DNA of 37,082 nt from Planctomycetota bacterium (GTDB taxonomy: Bacteria > Planctomycetota > GCA-002687715 > DRQF01). The position numbers were made by a program, and so were the translations under genes. How positions within the stretch are numbered: the stretch's first letter is position 1; every line of letters starts with the position of its first letter. Below the pieces are notes generated by a model, which made no database searches, was not told where the DNA came from, and was given only the letters and a program-made list of their open reading frames with translations. This document shows, piece after piece, positions 1 through 8,046 of the stretch. The stretch is taken from contig JAZGFI010000164.1 in the NCBI GenBank assembly GCA_036479435.1, forward strand, positions 1 through 37,082, written 5' to 3'.

Positions 1-366
1 GGGGACTCAAGGGCACGAGCCGAAAGGCGGTCGACAAATGCGCCAGCTACCTGCTCAAGTATCGGAGCATGATCCGTTACGACGAATGTCTAAAGGAAGG
101 CTATCCGATTGCCTCTGGGGTCATCGAAGGCGCATGTCGCCACCTCATCAAGGATCGCCTCGACATCACTGGAGCGCGTTGGAGCCTCGATGGCGCCGAG
201 GCCATTCTCAGACTCCGTTCGCTTCGGGCGAGCGGCGACTTTGACGAATACTGGCGCTTCCACCAACGGCAACGGCTACATGAAAACCACCTACGAAACT
301 ACGAAGGTGGAAAATTGAGACTCGCGGGATGACCGACAACATCGTCGTCGCAAAGGAGCCACACCC
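1..366 (+). mobile_element. Right end of an ISKra4-family insertion sequence (truncated by the window edge)
   Basis: The transposase C-terminus is followed ~20 bp after the stop by AAAGGAGCCACACCC (352-366), which resembles the ...GAGCC(A/G)CACCC termini I recall for this IS family. The left end lies outside the window. Confidence 0.75.
3..332 (+). CDS. ISKra4-family transposase, C-terminal fragment (5' partial)
   Basis: Frame is open from nt 3: GLKGTSRKAVDKCASYLLKYRSMIRYDECLKEGYPIASGVIEGACRHLIKDRLDITGARWSLDGAEAILRLR. The PI(A/G)SGxIEGACR...R...GARWS signature is typical of ISKra4/UPF0236 DDE transposases. Confidence 0.88.
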   Translation, partial: GLKGTSRKAVDKCASYLLKYRSMIRYDECLKEGYPIASGVIEGACRHLIKDRLDITGARWSLDGAEAILRLRSLRASGDFDEYWRFHQRQRLHENHLRNYEGGKLRLAG

Positions 367-586
367 GAATTACAGTTCGTATTTGGCGTTCTCGACCGTG
401 TGTGTTTTGGGCATTTCTTCGGCGACGACGACGAGCCGATTTGGCCCTGAGAACGCTGGAGGCGACGATGGCCCAAGTAGGCTTCAAAGGCGAATGTCCC
501 GAGGTTAGATTGCTGTGATCTGCGCGGCGATTGAGAGGCTGTTCGGGTTTTGGTTGGCCACCGGCAGAGCCCTAGGAAGCACTTCG

Positions 587-1966
587 TCACAGTCCTCGCC
601 GTTGATGGCAGTAGTAGGTGTGCCTTTCGGTGGGAATGCGCTCGGTGTGTGGCATGCGGTACCAGTATTCCGGCGTGTTGTTGACGGGACACATGTGCCC
701 GACCAGGCTTCTTCTCGTAAGAGCCGGGTCGACCCGTGCCGTTCCGCCGTGGGCGAGGTCGGCGTGCCAGATGAAGACGTCGCCAGCTTGTGCGCAAAAA
801 CTGCGCTGGGTAAGGCCGAGGTCTTGGCAGCGTAGCGCGACCCATACGTAGTAGTCGTCGGTTTTAGCACCGTGGGCGCAGGCCCGGGCACGGCCGTCCC
901 ACAAGAACTCGGGAAGGCGATGACTACCTTCGACGTATATGAGTTCGCCCGACCCTTCGACAATCTCTTCGAGGGCGATCCAAACCCCAACGAATTCCAT
1001 GGGAGACGTCAAGGGAACGAACGCCGTATCTTGATGTAGGGGTTGTTCGGAACCGTACTCAAACATCAGGCTGTTGAAGAGCATCGGTGGGCGTTCAAAG
1101 AGCGCACTGAGGAATTTCTCTATTGCGGGGACCATGAAGAGGTCGCGTGCGCTTTTGGCATAGCCGTGGAGATCCAAAAGTTTGTGGGGGACGTTTCGAA
1201 CGTCTTGATGAATGGGTTGGTATTTGAATCCATCGGGAGTCGAGAGTTCGACCATGAGCTCGGGGTGACCACGATCCCAAAGCCCATCGAGCTCGTCGTG
1301 GAAGGCCGCGATGGCGTCTTTGCTGACGCCGCCTTCGAATCGTGCATAGCCGTTTTGAATCCAATTCGCCAAGCGTTCGGACATTTCGTCGTCGATCATC
1401 CCGAGTTCGCGTTTGCCCTCCAAAAGAGCTTCGGCGTCATTGCGGTCGGTCCAAAAACCTCCAAATTGGGAGTGAAACTTTGGTCCCGACGAGACGCGTT
1501 CATACCAGTCGTCGTGATCGACGGGGGAGAGCGCTTCAAGATGATCTCGAAGTCGCCGTAGTCGAAGAGTCCAGTCAACGCGAATGTGATCACGGGCCCG
1601 AAGATCCTCGGGTGCTTCGATCTCGACGTGGAGGAGGCAGCCTTCACGCTGTGGTTTCGCAACAAAGCGGACCACGGTGGGTTCGCCGGAGTCATCCCCG
1701 TTTTCGATTACCAGTTCGAGCGAGAAATCAGCGGCTTGTGCGTCGTAGGCACGAAGCTGACCGCGATGGGAGGTCTTTAATCGATCGGGGCCGACCCACG
1801 AGACGACGAATGGTTCGCTGACTGACTGTCCCATCGTTGACTCGATGCACTCGAATCCGGCATCAGGCAGATACCAAGAGCCGAGGCGACTGGGCTCACA
1901 CCATGCCAAAAGGGCTTCCGCAGGATCGCAAGCGACAGGCTCAGCGACGACTAATATCTTGCCCAA
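587..1966 (-). CDS. Phytanoyl-CoA dioxygenase (PhyH) family Fe(II)/2OG enzyme with an N-terminal SRPBCC/START-like domain
   Basis: 459 aa. HxD motif (QPLHQDTAF), VWIALE...GEL...GSH and distal His (WHADLAHGG). The N-terminal ~150 aa end in an SRPBCC-like helix (DWTLRLRRLRDHLE). GGAG lies upstream of the TTG start. Confidence 0.8.
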   Translation of the reverse strand: MGKILVVAEPVACDPAEALLAWCEPSRLGSWYLPDAGFECIESTMGQSVSEPFVVSWVGPDRLKTSHRGQLRAYDAQAADFSLELVIENGDDSGEPTVVRFVAKPQREGCLLHVEIEAPEDLRARDHIRVDWTLRLRRLRDHLEALSPVDHDDWYERVSSGPKFHSQFGGFWTDRNDAEALLEGKRELGMIDDEMSERLANWIQNGYARFEGGVSKDAIAAFHDELDGLWDRGHPELMVELSTPDGFKYQPIHQDVRNVPHKLLDLHGYAKSARDLFMVPAIEKFLSALFERPPMLFNSLMFEYGSEQPLHQDTAFVPLTSPMEFVGVWIALEEIVEGSGELIYVEGSHRLPEFLWDGRARACAHGAKTDDYYVWVALRCQDLGLTQRSFCAQAGDVFIWHADLAHGGTARVDPALTRRSLVGHMCPVNNTPEYWYRMPHTERIPTERHTYYCHQRRGL

Positions 1967-2162
1967 GGTGATCTCCTCTGCCGATTCTGAGTGCGGGATT
2001 TAATGGGATCCGCTGAATCTTCACTGACTCTGCGCGAGATTCCGCCGCGCGACTCCGTCTTCTAGGGAATCCTCAGTTCATGTTTCAATGAAGCGCTGGC
2101 GATCGAATTCTACACGGCTTTTGCTGGCGCGGCCAAATCGACGCAATTCAGGTCTTGGTAGC

Positions 2163-2285
2163 GGCTAAGAACCGCCGCCTTGAAGCCAATCATTCGAAAA
2201 GTCATCCTGGTAGCATCGTCACTTGTCGGCGCTTCGCGGGGTCGCCGGACGGCCGCGACAGCCACTAATCGCCAAGGCTTTAGGC
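2163..2285 (+). repeat. Degenerate attC-like site 1
   Basis: GGCTAAG (R''-like) follows a TAG stop; ...GCCACTAATCGCCAAGGC-TTTAGGC (L'/R'-like, GTT changed to TTT) lies 20 bp before the ATG at 2305. Confidence 0.4.
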
Positions 2286-2304
2286 GGTGCGGCGGAGATT
2301 GAGC

Positions 2305-2793
2305 ATGAGCGAACACCACGACCCGTACTGGAAGCTTCGTCCTCTAGCGCCAACGCCCGTTGACGAGCTGTGCTCCTGCGCCGGCTCCCCGCCGGTCATG
2401 CTTCAACCACACCTCTCATCGAACCCTCTGTCCTGCATCGCCTGCAACCTCGAGGTTCCCCCGGAGCGCATCGGCTTCTCTGAAGCGCTCGCTGAGAAGT
2501 TGGCTTTCTGGCAGAGTTTCCACAACTGCTTCTACTTGCTTTGGCTCGACTCCAGCGAGTTTGAGTCCTGGGCAAAGGCCCAGCTCTCGAACCCGGGCAG
2601 CGCGGTCAATAAGCGAGCGCTTGAGTTGGTGTCGGACCTCAACAGCTTTCGCTCCGCGTATTACTGGTGGTTCCAGGACACCGGGGCCGAAGACTTCCAT
2701 CCGCCATCGCGGTGCCCAGTTTGTCAGGGCGAGCTTTTGGAGCGATACGGGCGCAACGTTTGCGAGCCATGCTCGCTGGTCGTCCCCAACTAG
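2305..2793 (+). CDS. DUF2310-like Zn-ribbon protein (gene cassette)
   Basis: CSC, CIAC, CPVC and CEPC Cys pairs, plus NPLSCxxCNLEVPPE and YYWW motifs. GGAG precedes the ATG at 2305. Confidence 0.75.
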   Translation: MSEHHDPYWKLRPLAPTPVDELCSCAGSPPVMLQPHLSSNPLSCIACNLEVPPERIGFSEALAEKLAFWQSFHNCFYLLWLDSSEFESWAKAQLSNPGSAVNKRALELVSDLNSFRSAYYWWFQDTGAEDFHPPSRCPVCQGELLERYGRNVCEPCSLVVPN

Positions 2794-2803
2794 GGAGCGC
2801 GCC

Positions 2804-2939
2804 GTCTAACTGGGTGTCGCAGTTGACGTGGTACCGCGCGTTCCAATCGACCTTTGGTAGAGTCTGGCTTTGAACTTGGGTGCCTTAGCCCTACCTTCGA
2901 CGGCCTGTGCCACGAAGCTGAGTTCCCGATCTGTGGTAC
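2804..2939 (+). repeat. attC-like site 2 (136 bp, R' box degenerate)
   Basis: GTCTAAC (perfect RYYYAAC) lies 10 bp after the stop. The arm CAGTTGACGTGGTAC pairs imperfectly with GTGCCACGAAGCTG. The site ends in GTGGTAC instead of GTTRRRY, 6 bp before the ATG at 2946. Confidence 0.7.
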
Positions 2940-2945
2940 GCATCA

Positions 2946-3251
2946 ATGAAAAGACCCTTCGCCATTCTGAAGCGACTGCTTTTCCGACGTTGGCTGGTGA
3001 TCGTGGTCGCGTGCGTTTGCATCAATGTCGGAATTTACGCGGCCTTGCGATCAACATCTTGTCTTGAGTTTCGGCAAGGCAAGATCTTTGCGATGCATCT
3101 TGACGGCGGTTGTCGGGCAACGAAGTACTACTACGTTCACGAGTCAAAGCTCACGCCGAATTTTATCGCTGAACTCTATTCGCCCCTGCTCTATGCAGAA
3201 TTCGAAATTGAACCTGAAGGCCGAGAATCACTCATGACCATTCGCCGGTGA
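2946..3251 (+). CDS. Hypothetical membrane-anchored protein (gene cassette)
   Basis: 101 aa with a basic N-terminus and one hydrophobic helix; it fills the space between two attC-like sites. Confidence 0.6.
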   Translation: MKRPFAILKRLLFRRWLVIVVACVCINVGIYAALRSTSCLEFRQGKIFAMHLDGGCRATKYYYVHESKLTPNFIAELYSPLLYAEFEIEPEGRESLMTIRR

Positions 3252-3253
3252 GC

Positions 3254-3319
3254 GTCCAACAACTCAATGCAGCGGGCCGCACGCAGTGCCGAGTGGCAGA
3301 ACGTGCACTCGCTCGGAAC
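3254..3319 (+). repeat. Degenerate attC-like site 3
   Basis: GTCCAAC-AACTCAATGCAGCGGGC 2 bp after the stop is a typical attC left arm. The right arm is eroded (GCAGAACGTGCACTCGCTCGGAAC). Confidence 0.55.
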
Positions 3320-3327
3320 TCGAAAAC

Positions 3328-3774
3328 ATGAGCGACGACTGGTATCTAAACCCGACCTGGAATGACCAGATCGCAGCCACCTTCGAGACGGGACTCGAAA
3401 GGGCTCGCCACAAAGAACAGTATCTTCGCATCCAAGTCGGTTGCCTTTCGAAGGCGAAGCCGCTCGTCACGATCGAGTTTCCTTTCTTTGTCGCGACGAC
3501 CCCATTGCTGAGCTGGCATGCTCGTGCGCTAGAGATTCTTGATAACCATGACTATGAGTTGATGTTCGCGGTCGATCGATTTCGCTGGCAAGTTTCGAGA
3601 GCGATCATCTCAGCCGAATCTGAGAACCCAGGAATTGCGAAGTCTCATGCACTGAAAGCGATCGGCGAGGCCGAAAAGTCGACGTCGAGAATTCGAAACC
3701 ACCCGTCGGTGGGATTGGTTGGATCGAAGTACGAAGATGTCATCGCGGCAATGAAACGGTATGCAGACGTTTGA
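3328..3774 (+). CDS. Hypothetical helical (TPR-like) protein, possibly internally deleted (gene cassette)
   Basis: 148 aa from MSDDWYLNPTWN...RARHKEQYLRIQ...LMFAVDRFRW...SRIRNHPSVGLVG. It resembles a cassette-borne protein family that I recall being ~200 aa. Confidence 0.65.
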   Translation: MSDDWYLNPTWNDQIAATFETGLERARHKEQYLRIQVGCLSKAKPLVTIEFPFFVATTPLLSWHARALEILDNHDYELMFAVDRFRWQVSRAIISAESENPGIAKSHALKAIGEAEKSTSRIRNHPSVGLVGSKYEDVIAAMKRYADV

Positions 3775-3834
3775 CGGCTCAATGCGGCAGATAGTCTGCT
3801 GCCAGCGCCATCGCTGATTGAGCATTCGTTAGGC
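3769..3834 (+). repeat. attC-like site 4 (66 bp, R'' box degenerate)
   Basis: GTTTGAC overlaps the stop. L'' GCTCAATGCGGC pairs with L' GCTGATTGAGC with one extrahelical G. A perfect R' GTTAGGC (3828-3834) is followed by RBS AGGAG and the ATG at 3847. Confidence 0.72.
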
Positions 3835-3846
3835 AAAAGGAGAAGG

Positions 3847-4059
3847 ATGGTGGAAAGAAACGAAAACAGAATGCCGTTGGCTAAGGTCCTTACGATAGCG
3901 GTGATTTCAGGAATCGTCGTGGGCTCGGTCTGCTTCCTTGTCATCAAGCTAATAGGGGTGGATGTGAGCCCGGCCGTGACGGGCGGCGTGGTGGGTGGCG
4001 TAACGGGAGCGATTGTTCCGGCAATCCTCTCTCGGAAGTCGAAGTCAAGCGAGAAGTGA
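3847..4059 (+). CDS. Small two-TM glycine-rich membrane protein (gene cassette)
   Basis: 70 aa with a strong RBS (AGGAGAAGG), two hydrophobic GxxxG helices and a basic tail. Confidence 0.7.
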   Translation: MVERNENRMPLAKVLTIAVISGIVVGSVCFLVIKLIGVDVSPAVTGGVVGGVTGAIVPAILSRKSKSSEK

Positions 4060-4069
4060 TGGGTGTGCG

Positions 4070-4146
4070 GCCCAAGCCGGCAATAGGGCAGACACCGTCC
4101 CGCAGCGTTGGCGATTGCGATGCCGCTTTGAAGGAAGGGGCTAGAA
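4070..4146 (+). repeat. Highly degenerate attC-like site 5
   Basis: GCCCAAG...GCCGCT...GCTAGAA, placed between the stop at 4059 and the start at 4148; both core boxes are one substitution from consensus. Confidence 0.35.
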
Positions 4147-4147
4147 C

Positions 4148-4462
4148 GTGAAACTGCTCTTAGGAAAGTTTCTTTCAGTCGCCGTTCTCTTACTTCCTCT
4201 CAGCGCCGTTCTCAGCGGAACCATGGGCGATAGCTGGCGTGGTTCAACGAGCGCGATCGCCTTGTTGGCAATCGGAACCTGCGCCGGTTTCGCCCTTTGG
4301 ATTTGGATGCTAGTGGACTTCTTCCGTCTTCCTGACGGTCAGCGAAAAACATGGGTCGCCATCGTGCTCGTTCTGTTTAGTGTGGGGGCCGCCGTGGCAT
4401 ACTTCTTCTTCAAATTCGGGCCTCAGCAACGACGGGCTGCAAGCCTCGATCCGTTGATATAG
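4148..4462 (+). CDS. Small membrane protein with a PLDc_N-like C-terminal hairpin (gene cassette)
   Basis: 104 aa, three hydrophobic segments and the motif LWIWMLVDFF...RKTWVAIVLVLFSVGAAVAYFF. Confidence 0.65.
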   Translation: MKLLLGKFLSVAVLLLPLSAVLSGTMGDSWRGSTSAIALLAIGTCAGFALWIWMLVDFFRLPDGQRKTWVAIVLVLFSVGAAVAYFFFKFGPQQRRAASLDPLI

Positions 4463-4487
4463 TTTCTTGTTGCATGGGATGCTGCTG

Positions 4488-4525
4488 GTCCAACCCACCG
4501 CCGAATGAGCACTCCCAGGATGGAC
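4488..4525 (+). repeat. Collapsed attC-like site 6 (38 bp)
   Basis: GTCCAAC (4488-4494) and GATGGAC (4519-4525, one mismatch from its complement GTTGGAC), 4 bp before the ATG at 4530. The interior is shorter than a functional attC. Confidence 0.4.
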
Positions 4526-4529
4526 GAGA

Positions 4530-4913
4530 ATGACCGATTCTCAAGTTGATCTCTTGATCGCAGTCGGCTTCTTTTCGCTCTACCTTCTGTCGATTTCAGT
4601 TTTTTACTGGGCGCGAACTCCAGAGTTGTCTTCTTGGAAACGCCTAGCTTGCTCCGTTCACGGAATTGCATGGCTTACGGCGTTGGCACTCGCGCTTTGG
4701 TGTAGCGATTACGGGAATGGCGAGTTCGCCCTTCGCGTGGGCCAAGGCGTCTACCTAGTGTTGATTTCGATGGCGTTGATTTCGAACGTCGTCGCCTTCT
4801 TGGCGCCTAAGATCGAGCCAAAAGAGCATGTGATCGTGCAAGGGCTAGCCATGCCGTTCGAACTTGCGTCGCTGTTGATGGGATCAGCGGAGATCACTCA
4901 CCTGCCGCTCTAG
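4530..4913 (+). CDS. Hypothetical four-TM membrane protein (gene cassette)
   Basis: 127 aa with four hydrophobic segments; co-oriented with the neighbouring cassette ORFs. Confidence 0.65.
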   Translation: MTDSQVDLLIAVGFFSLYLLSISVFYWARTPELSSWKRLACSVHGIAWLTALALALWCSDYGNGEFALRVGQGVYLVLISMALISNVVAFLAPKIEPKEHVIVQGLAMPFELASLLMGSAEITHLPL

Positions 4914-4955
4914 CTTCGCCGGCGTCCCGCGAGGCGACCACGGTCGAAGCTGAAT

Positions 4956-4981
4956 CTCCGCCCTTGATCTGGCGGAGTTTT
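4956..4981 (+). terminator. Putative intrinsic terminator
   Basis: CTCCGCC-8 nt loop-GGCGGAG followed by TTTT, ~40 bp after the stop at 4913. Confidence 0.5.
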
Positions 4982-5261
4982 GGGGAGCTGTTGGTGGGAG
5001 CCAGCTAACGATCAGGCCTGGACAAGTTGTCGCATCTCCGGCACTCTCTTTGGTGTTCGCGTCGTCATTTTTCAGCCGCCGTTTTGGCGGCGGTCAACGC
5101 GGAGTGGCTCGTTGCCGTGGAGGGTTCTAACCCCGCGGTTGATGGATCGAGCGCTCGCGGGTGGCGCAGAACGCCGCGCCAAACACCAACTGGCCGATCA
5201 GAAGAACGAAGTGTCGTACCTTCAAAGCAACAACCACACTATTATCGGAAGCAGTTTGATC

Positions 5262-5684
5262 ATGAATCCCACCCTCAGGAACATCTTGGCGGTCATTGTC
5301 GGTTTTCTCGTTGGCAGCGTGGTCAATCTCGGATTGGTGGAAACGGGAATGGCGGTGGTTCCGCTTCCCGAGGGCGCGGACGTATCCACTATGGATGGCC
5401 TTCGCGAAGCCATGAAGTCCTTCACGCCGGCGAACTTCATCTTCCCGTTCTTGGGCCACGCACTAGGCACCCTCGCTGGTGCTTTCGTTGCCGCGAAGAT
5501 CGCGGCTAGTCACAAGATGAAGTTTGCGATTGGTATCGGCGTGTGCTTTTTGATCGGCGGGATCGCGATGGTGTCGATGTGCGGTGGTCCTCTTTGGTTC
5601 ATCGCGGCGGACTTGTTGGCCTATCTTCCGATGGGATTCCTCGGAGGCACTCTTGCTCATGGAAAGAAACCTCAGGCCACGTAG
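5262..5684 (+). CDS. Conserved-type hypothetical four-TM membrane protein
   Basis: Likely start MNPTLRNILAVIVG at 5262 rather than 4980. Motifs FIFPFLGHALGTLAGAFVAAKIA and PLWFIAADLLAYLPMGFLG. Confidence 0.8.
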   Translation: MNPTLRNILAVIVGFLVGSVVNLGLVETGMAVVPLPEGADVSTMDGLREAMKSFTPANFIFPFLGHALGTLAGAFVAAKIAASHKMKFAIGIGVCFLIGGIAMVSMCGGPLWFIAADLLAYLPMGFLGGTLAHGKKPQAT

Positions 5685-6077
5685 CCAGACCTCGGGCTGG
5701 AGCAGAACCTTTTGAGGACTACTTTCTCGGGACAATGACGACTGAGGTGGCTTGGCCCTTTCTTGTTTCGACGCTGACTTGGTGGAAGTACCGTCGTTGC
5801 GGCGACGCGAACGTCATCGCCAAGTCCTCGCTACCACCTGGCTGATATCTGGCTCACCGCGCGCTTTCCGTCCCAGCAGACGAAACGGAGCATTCCTTCT
5901 CCAATAGTTGGGGTCGAGGTCTGTTCCTGGAGCGGCGCGGTCGACCGGCGATCTGTTTGGTATCAAAGAGATTGCGATCGACCGGTGCGCCGCCGCGGCG
6001 ATGGTCAGGGACGCTCCTGATGAATTCGAAGTTAGAGACCAGCAGATTGGCACCAGCCGGTCTCAGCCGAAGGCCGG

Positions 6078-6350
6078 ATGGAAGCTGGGGTCCTTCTGCG
6101 TCGACTTCAAAAGGGGGAAAGGATTGGGATGCCCCACTCAAGGCCGATGCCATCCGTCGGATGGCGTTGCCTTGAGCTACGGATTCCTGACGAGAGGGAG
6201 AGTTGGCGGCTCATCCTTCGACTGGATCTCGATGCGGTTGTCATTGTTGGGGTGTTCAGCAAGAAGACTCGTGAGACGCCCGAGTCCGTCATCCGTGCCT
6301 GTAGAAACCGAATCAAGCGATACGACCAAGTGAGTAAGGAAGATGAATAA
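6078..6350 (+). CDS. RelE/ParE (phage Gp49-like/HigB) toxin, probably N-terminally truncated
   Basis: EAGVLLRRLQKGE..GMPHSRPMPSVG.RCLELRI...WRLI.R.D.DAVVIVGVFSKKTRETP. It overlaps the antitoxin start by 8 bp. The upstream in-frame PVSAEGR is cut by a TAG at 6033. Confidence 0.8.
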   Translation: MEAGVLLRRLQKGERIGMPHSRPMPSVGWRCLELRIPDERESWRLILRLDLDAVVIVGVFSKKTRETPESVIRACRNRIKRYDQVSKEDE

Positions 6351-6663
6351 GCTCAAGATGGAGAAGCTGAGAGCTGCAGGCTGGAAGGTTGGCAACGCAG
6401 GGGACTTTCTTGGACTCAGCCGGGAGGAAACCGCTTTCATTGAGATCAAAGTCGCTCTTGCCCTGAGTCTCAAGCGTCGTCGAATCCGGCGGCATCTTAC
6501 CCAAGTGGATTTGGCAACGTTGCTGAAGTCCAGCCAGTCTCGAGTGGCGAAGATGGAAGCGGCGGACGCTTCGGTGTCGATTGTTTGTTGCTGCGCTCTT
6601 TGCTGGCCCTTGGGGTCACTCCGCGGGGACTTGAGAAAATTCTGTATCCGGCAGCCTGAATAG
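6343..6663 (+). pseudogene. XRE-family HTH antitoxin (HigA-like) with an apparent 1-bp deletion frameshift near 6583
   Basis: LRAAGWKVG...FLGLS.EE...LTQVDLATLLKSSQSRVAKME is the HTH. After SVSI the expected tail LLLRSLLALGVTPRGLEKILYPAA* continues in another frame (6585-6659). Confidence 0.75.
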
Positions 6664-6765
6664 TTGCCTTGCCGCTGGCTGAGCTATGGCGTCATGTCAT
6701 TGCGTTCGGAGGAAAGCATGGTGGCCTCCGCAGCCGGAGCATCGCGCTCGCTGGGCTGAACGCGA

Positions 6766-6800
6766 AACCGGGTCGAAGCGAATGTGGCTCCGACCCGGTT
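6766..6800. terminator. Hairpin between convergent genes, probable terminator
   Basis: AACCGGGTCG...CGACCCGGTT is a perfect 10-bp inverted repeat, ~45 bp past the cyclophilin stop. Confidence 0.6.
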
Positions 6801-6846
6801 GGCTAGGGTTATCGTGTTCCGAATTGTGAGGCCCTGGGGCGAAAAC

Positions 6847-8046
6847 TCAGCGGATCTTTTGCGCTTCGTAGACGTGATCGCGCTTTTTCAGGATGCGGAT
6901 CGTCTTGATGCGGAACGGCTTGGCTTTGTTGGTCGGGTCGATGGGTTTGACGCGCGGGACCTTGAGGCCTTCGGGTTCAATGATGCGGCCGAAGACGGTG
7001 TGCTTTTTGTTGAGCCAGTGCGTCGTGGTGCTGGTCACGAAGAATTGGCTTCCGTTGGTGTCGGGGCGGCCGGTGTTGGCCATGCTAAGAGTGCCCGGGT
7101 AGTGGAAGCGCGCGTCGGGGCGAGCGAACTCGTCTTTGACTTTGTAGCCCGGTCCGCCGATGCCGGTGCCCTCGGGGTCACCGCCTTGAATCATGAAGTA
7201 GGCGGTGCAGCGGTGAAACATCAGGCCGTCGTAGAATTTCTTGTTCGCGAGCTCGATGAAGTTGGCCACTGAATTAGGGGCTTGGTCTTCGAATAGTTCG
7301 ACCTTCATCGTGCCGCGGTCGGTGACGATTTCAGCGATGGGATTGGTGTCGGAGTTTTCGCGGAACTTTTGCTCGGCGGCCCACTTTGCGACGTACTCGC
7401 CGGCGATAAGCGTCATCGTTTGCGATTCACGGCGTTTGTCTTTGTCGGAAGCTTTGGCCTGGGAGCGCTGGTAAATGTCGCGCGCCTTGGTGAACTGTTC
7501 GTTGTGCATGTAGGCGTCGCCGAGTGACTTCATGTTGGCGTAACTCACCGCGCGCTCGAGGCCTTTTTCCCACATGCGAACGGCGTCCGCGTACTGGTAG
7601 GCGTTCTCGTAGAACTTAGCGGCTTTGTGAATGAAAGCGCCGTCGGAGGTGATCTCGGCGAGGACTTCGGCGTCTTTGGCCTTGATGGTGGGATTGAGTC
7701 CCGTGAAGACCGTGTCATCTAGACGGCGCACCCGTATCTCTTTGTTCTTGGGGTACTTCGTGATGAAACCGTCGATCTCGGCGACCAGTTCTTTGGCCTG
7801 CTTGACCGCTCGGGCTTTGATCGCTTTGTACTGGCGACTGATGATGTCGCGCTTTTCAACTTCGGCGCCGTTGTAGCGGCTTTGGGTCGCTTGCAAGGAG
7901 CGTTCGTAGTCTCTCAGCTTGCGTTCGAAGCTGTCCCACTTGCTGTTGAGGGCCTTCACTTCGTCGGCCGTCTGGGCGTTCAAGGTGGGCGAAGTCCAAA
8001 GAGCTCCGATGAGCAGCACCAGGGTAAGAGCAGTACGTGAGATCAT
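6847..8046 (-). CDS. Exported cyclophilin-type peptidyl-prolyl isomerase with N-terminal coiled-coil/TPR region
   Basis: Signal peptide (…TLNA-Q) and TPR-like helices, then the cyclophilin motifs FYDGLMFHR, FMIQGGDP.GTG.GGPGY, LSMAN.G.PDTNGSQFF and WLNKKHTVFG. Confidence 0.92.
   Translation of the reverse strand: MISRTALTLVLLIGALWTSPTLNAQTADEVKALNSKWDSFERKLRDYERSLQATQSRYNGAEVEKRDIISRQYKAIKARAVKQAKELVAEIDGFITKYPKNKEIRVRRLDDTVFTGLNPTIKAKDAEVLAEITSDGAFIHKAAKFYENAYQYADAVRMWEKGLERAVSYANMKSLGDAYMHNEQFTKARDIYQRSQAKASDKDKRRESQTMTLIAGEYVAKWAAEQKFRENSDTNPIAEIVTDRGTMKVELFEDQAPNSVANFIELANKKFYDGLMFHRCTAYFMIQGGDPEGTGIGGPGYKVKDEFARPDARFHYPGTLSMANTGRPDTNGSQFFVTSTTTHWLNKKHTVFGRIIEPEGLKVPRVKPIDPTNKAKPFRIKTIRILKKRDHVYEAQKIR

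Noticed and set aside
367..2160. Integron integrase or attI next to the cassette array
   Set aside because: The divergent ORF is a PhyH dioxygenase with no tyrosine-recombinase RHRY residues, and no attI could be identified.
4980..5261. N-terminal extension of ORF 4980-5684
   Set aside because: It runs through hairpins and attC-like debris; the membrane-protein-like sequence begins at the Met at 5262.
5716..6060. Minus-strand ORF pieces (5814-6053, 5854-6153) as a gene
   Set aside because: No recognisable motif and no consistent frame. This may be a decayed fragment that truncated the toxin, but it cannot be supported.
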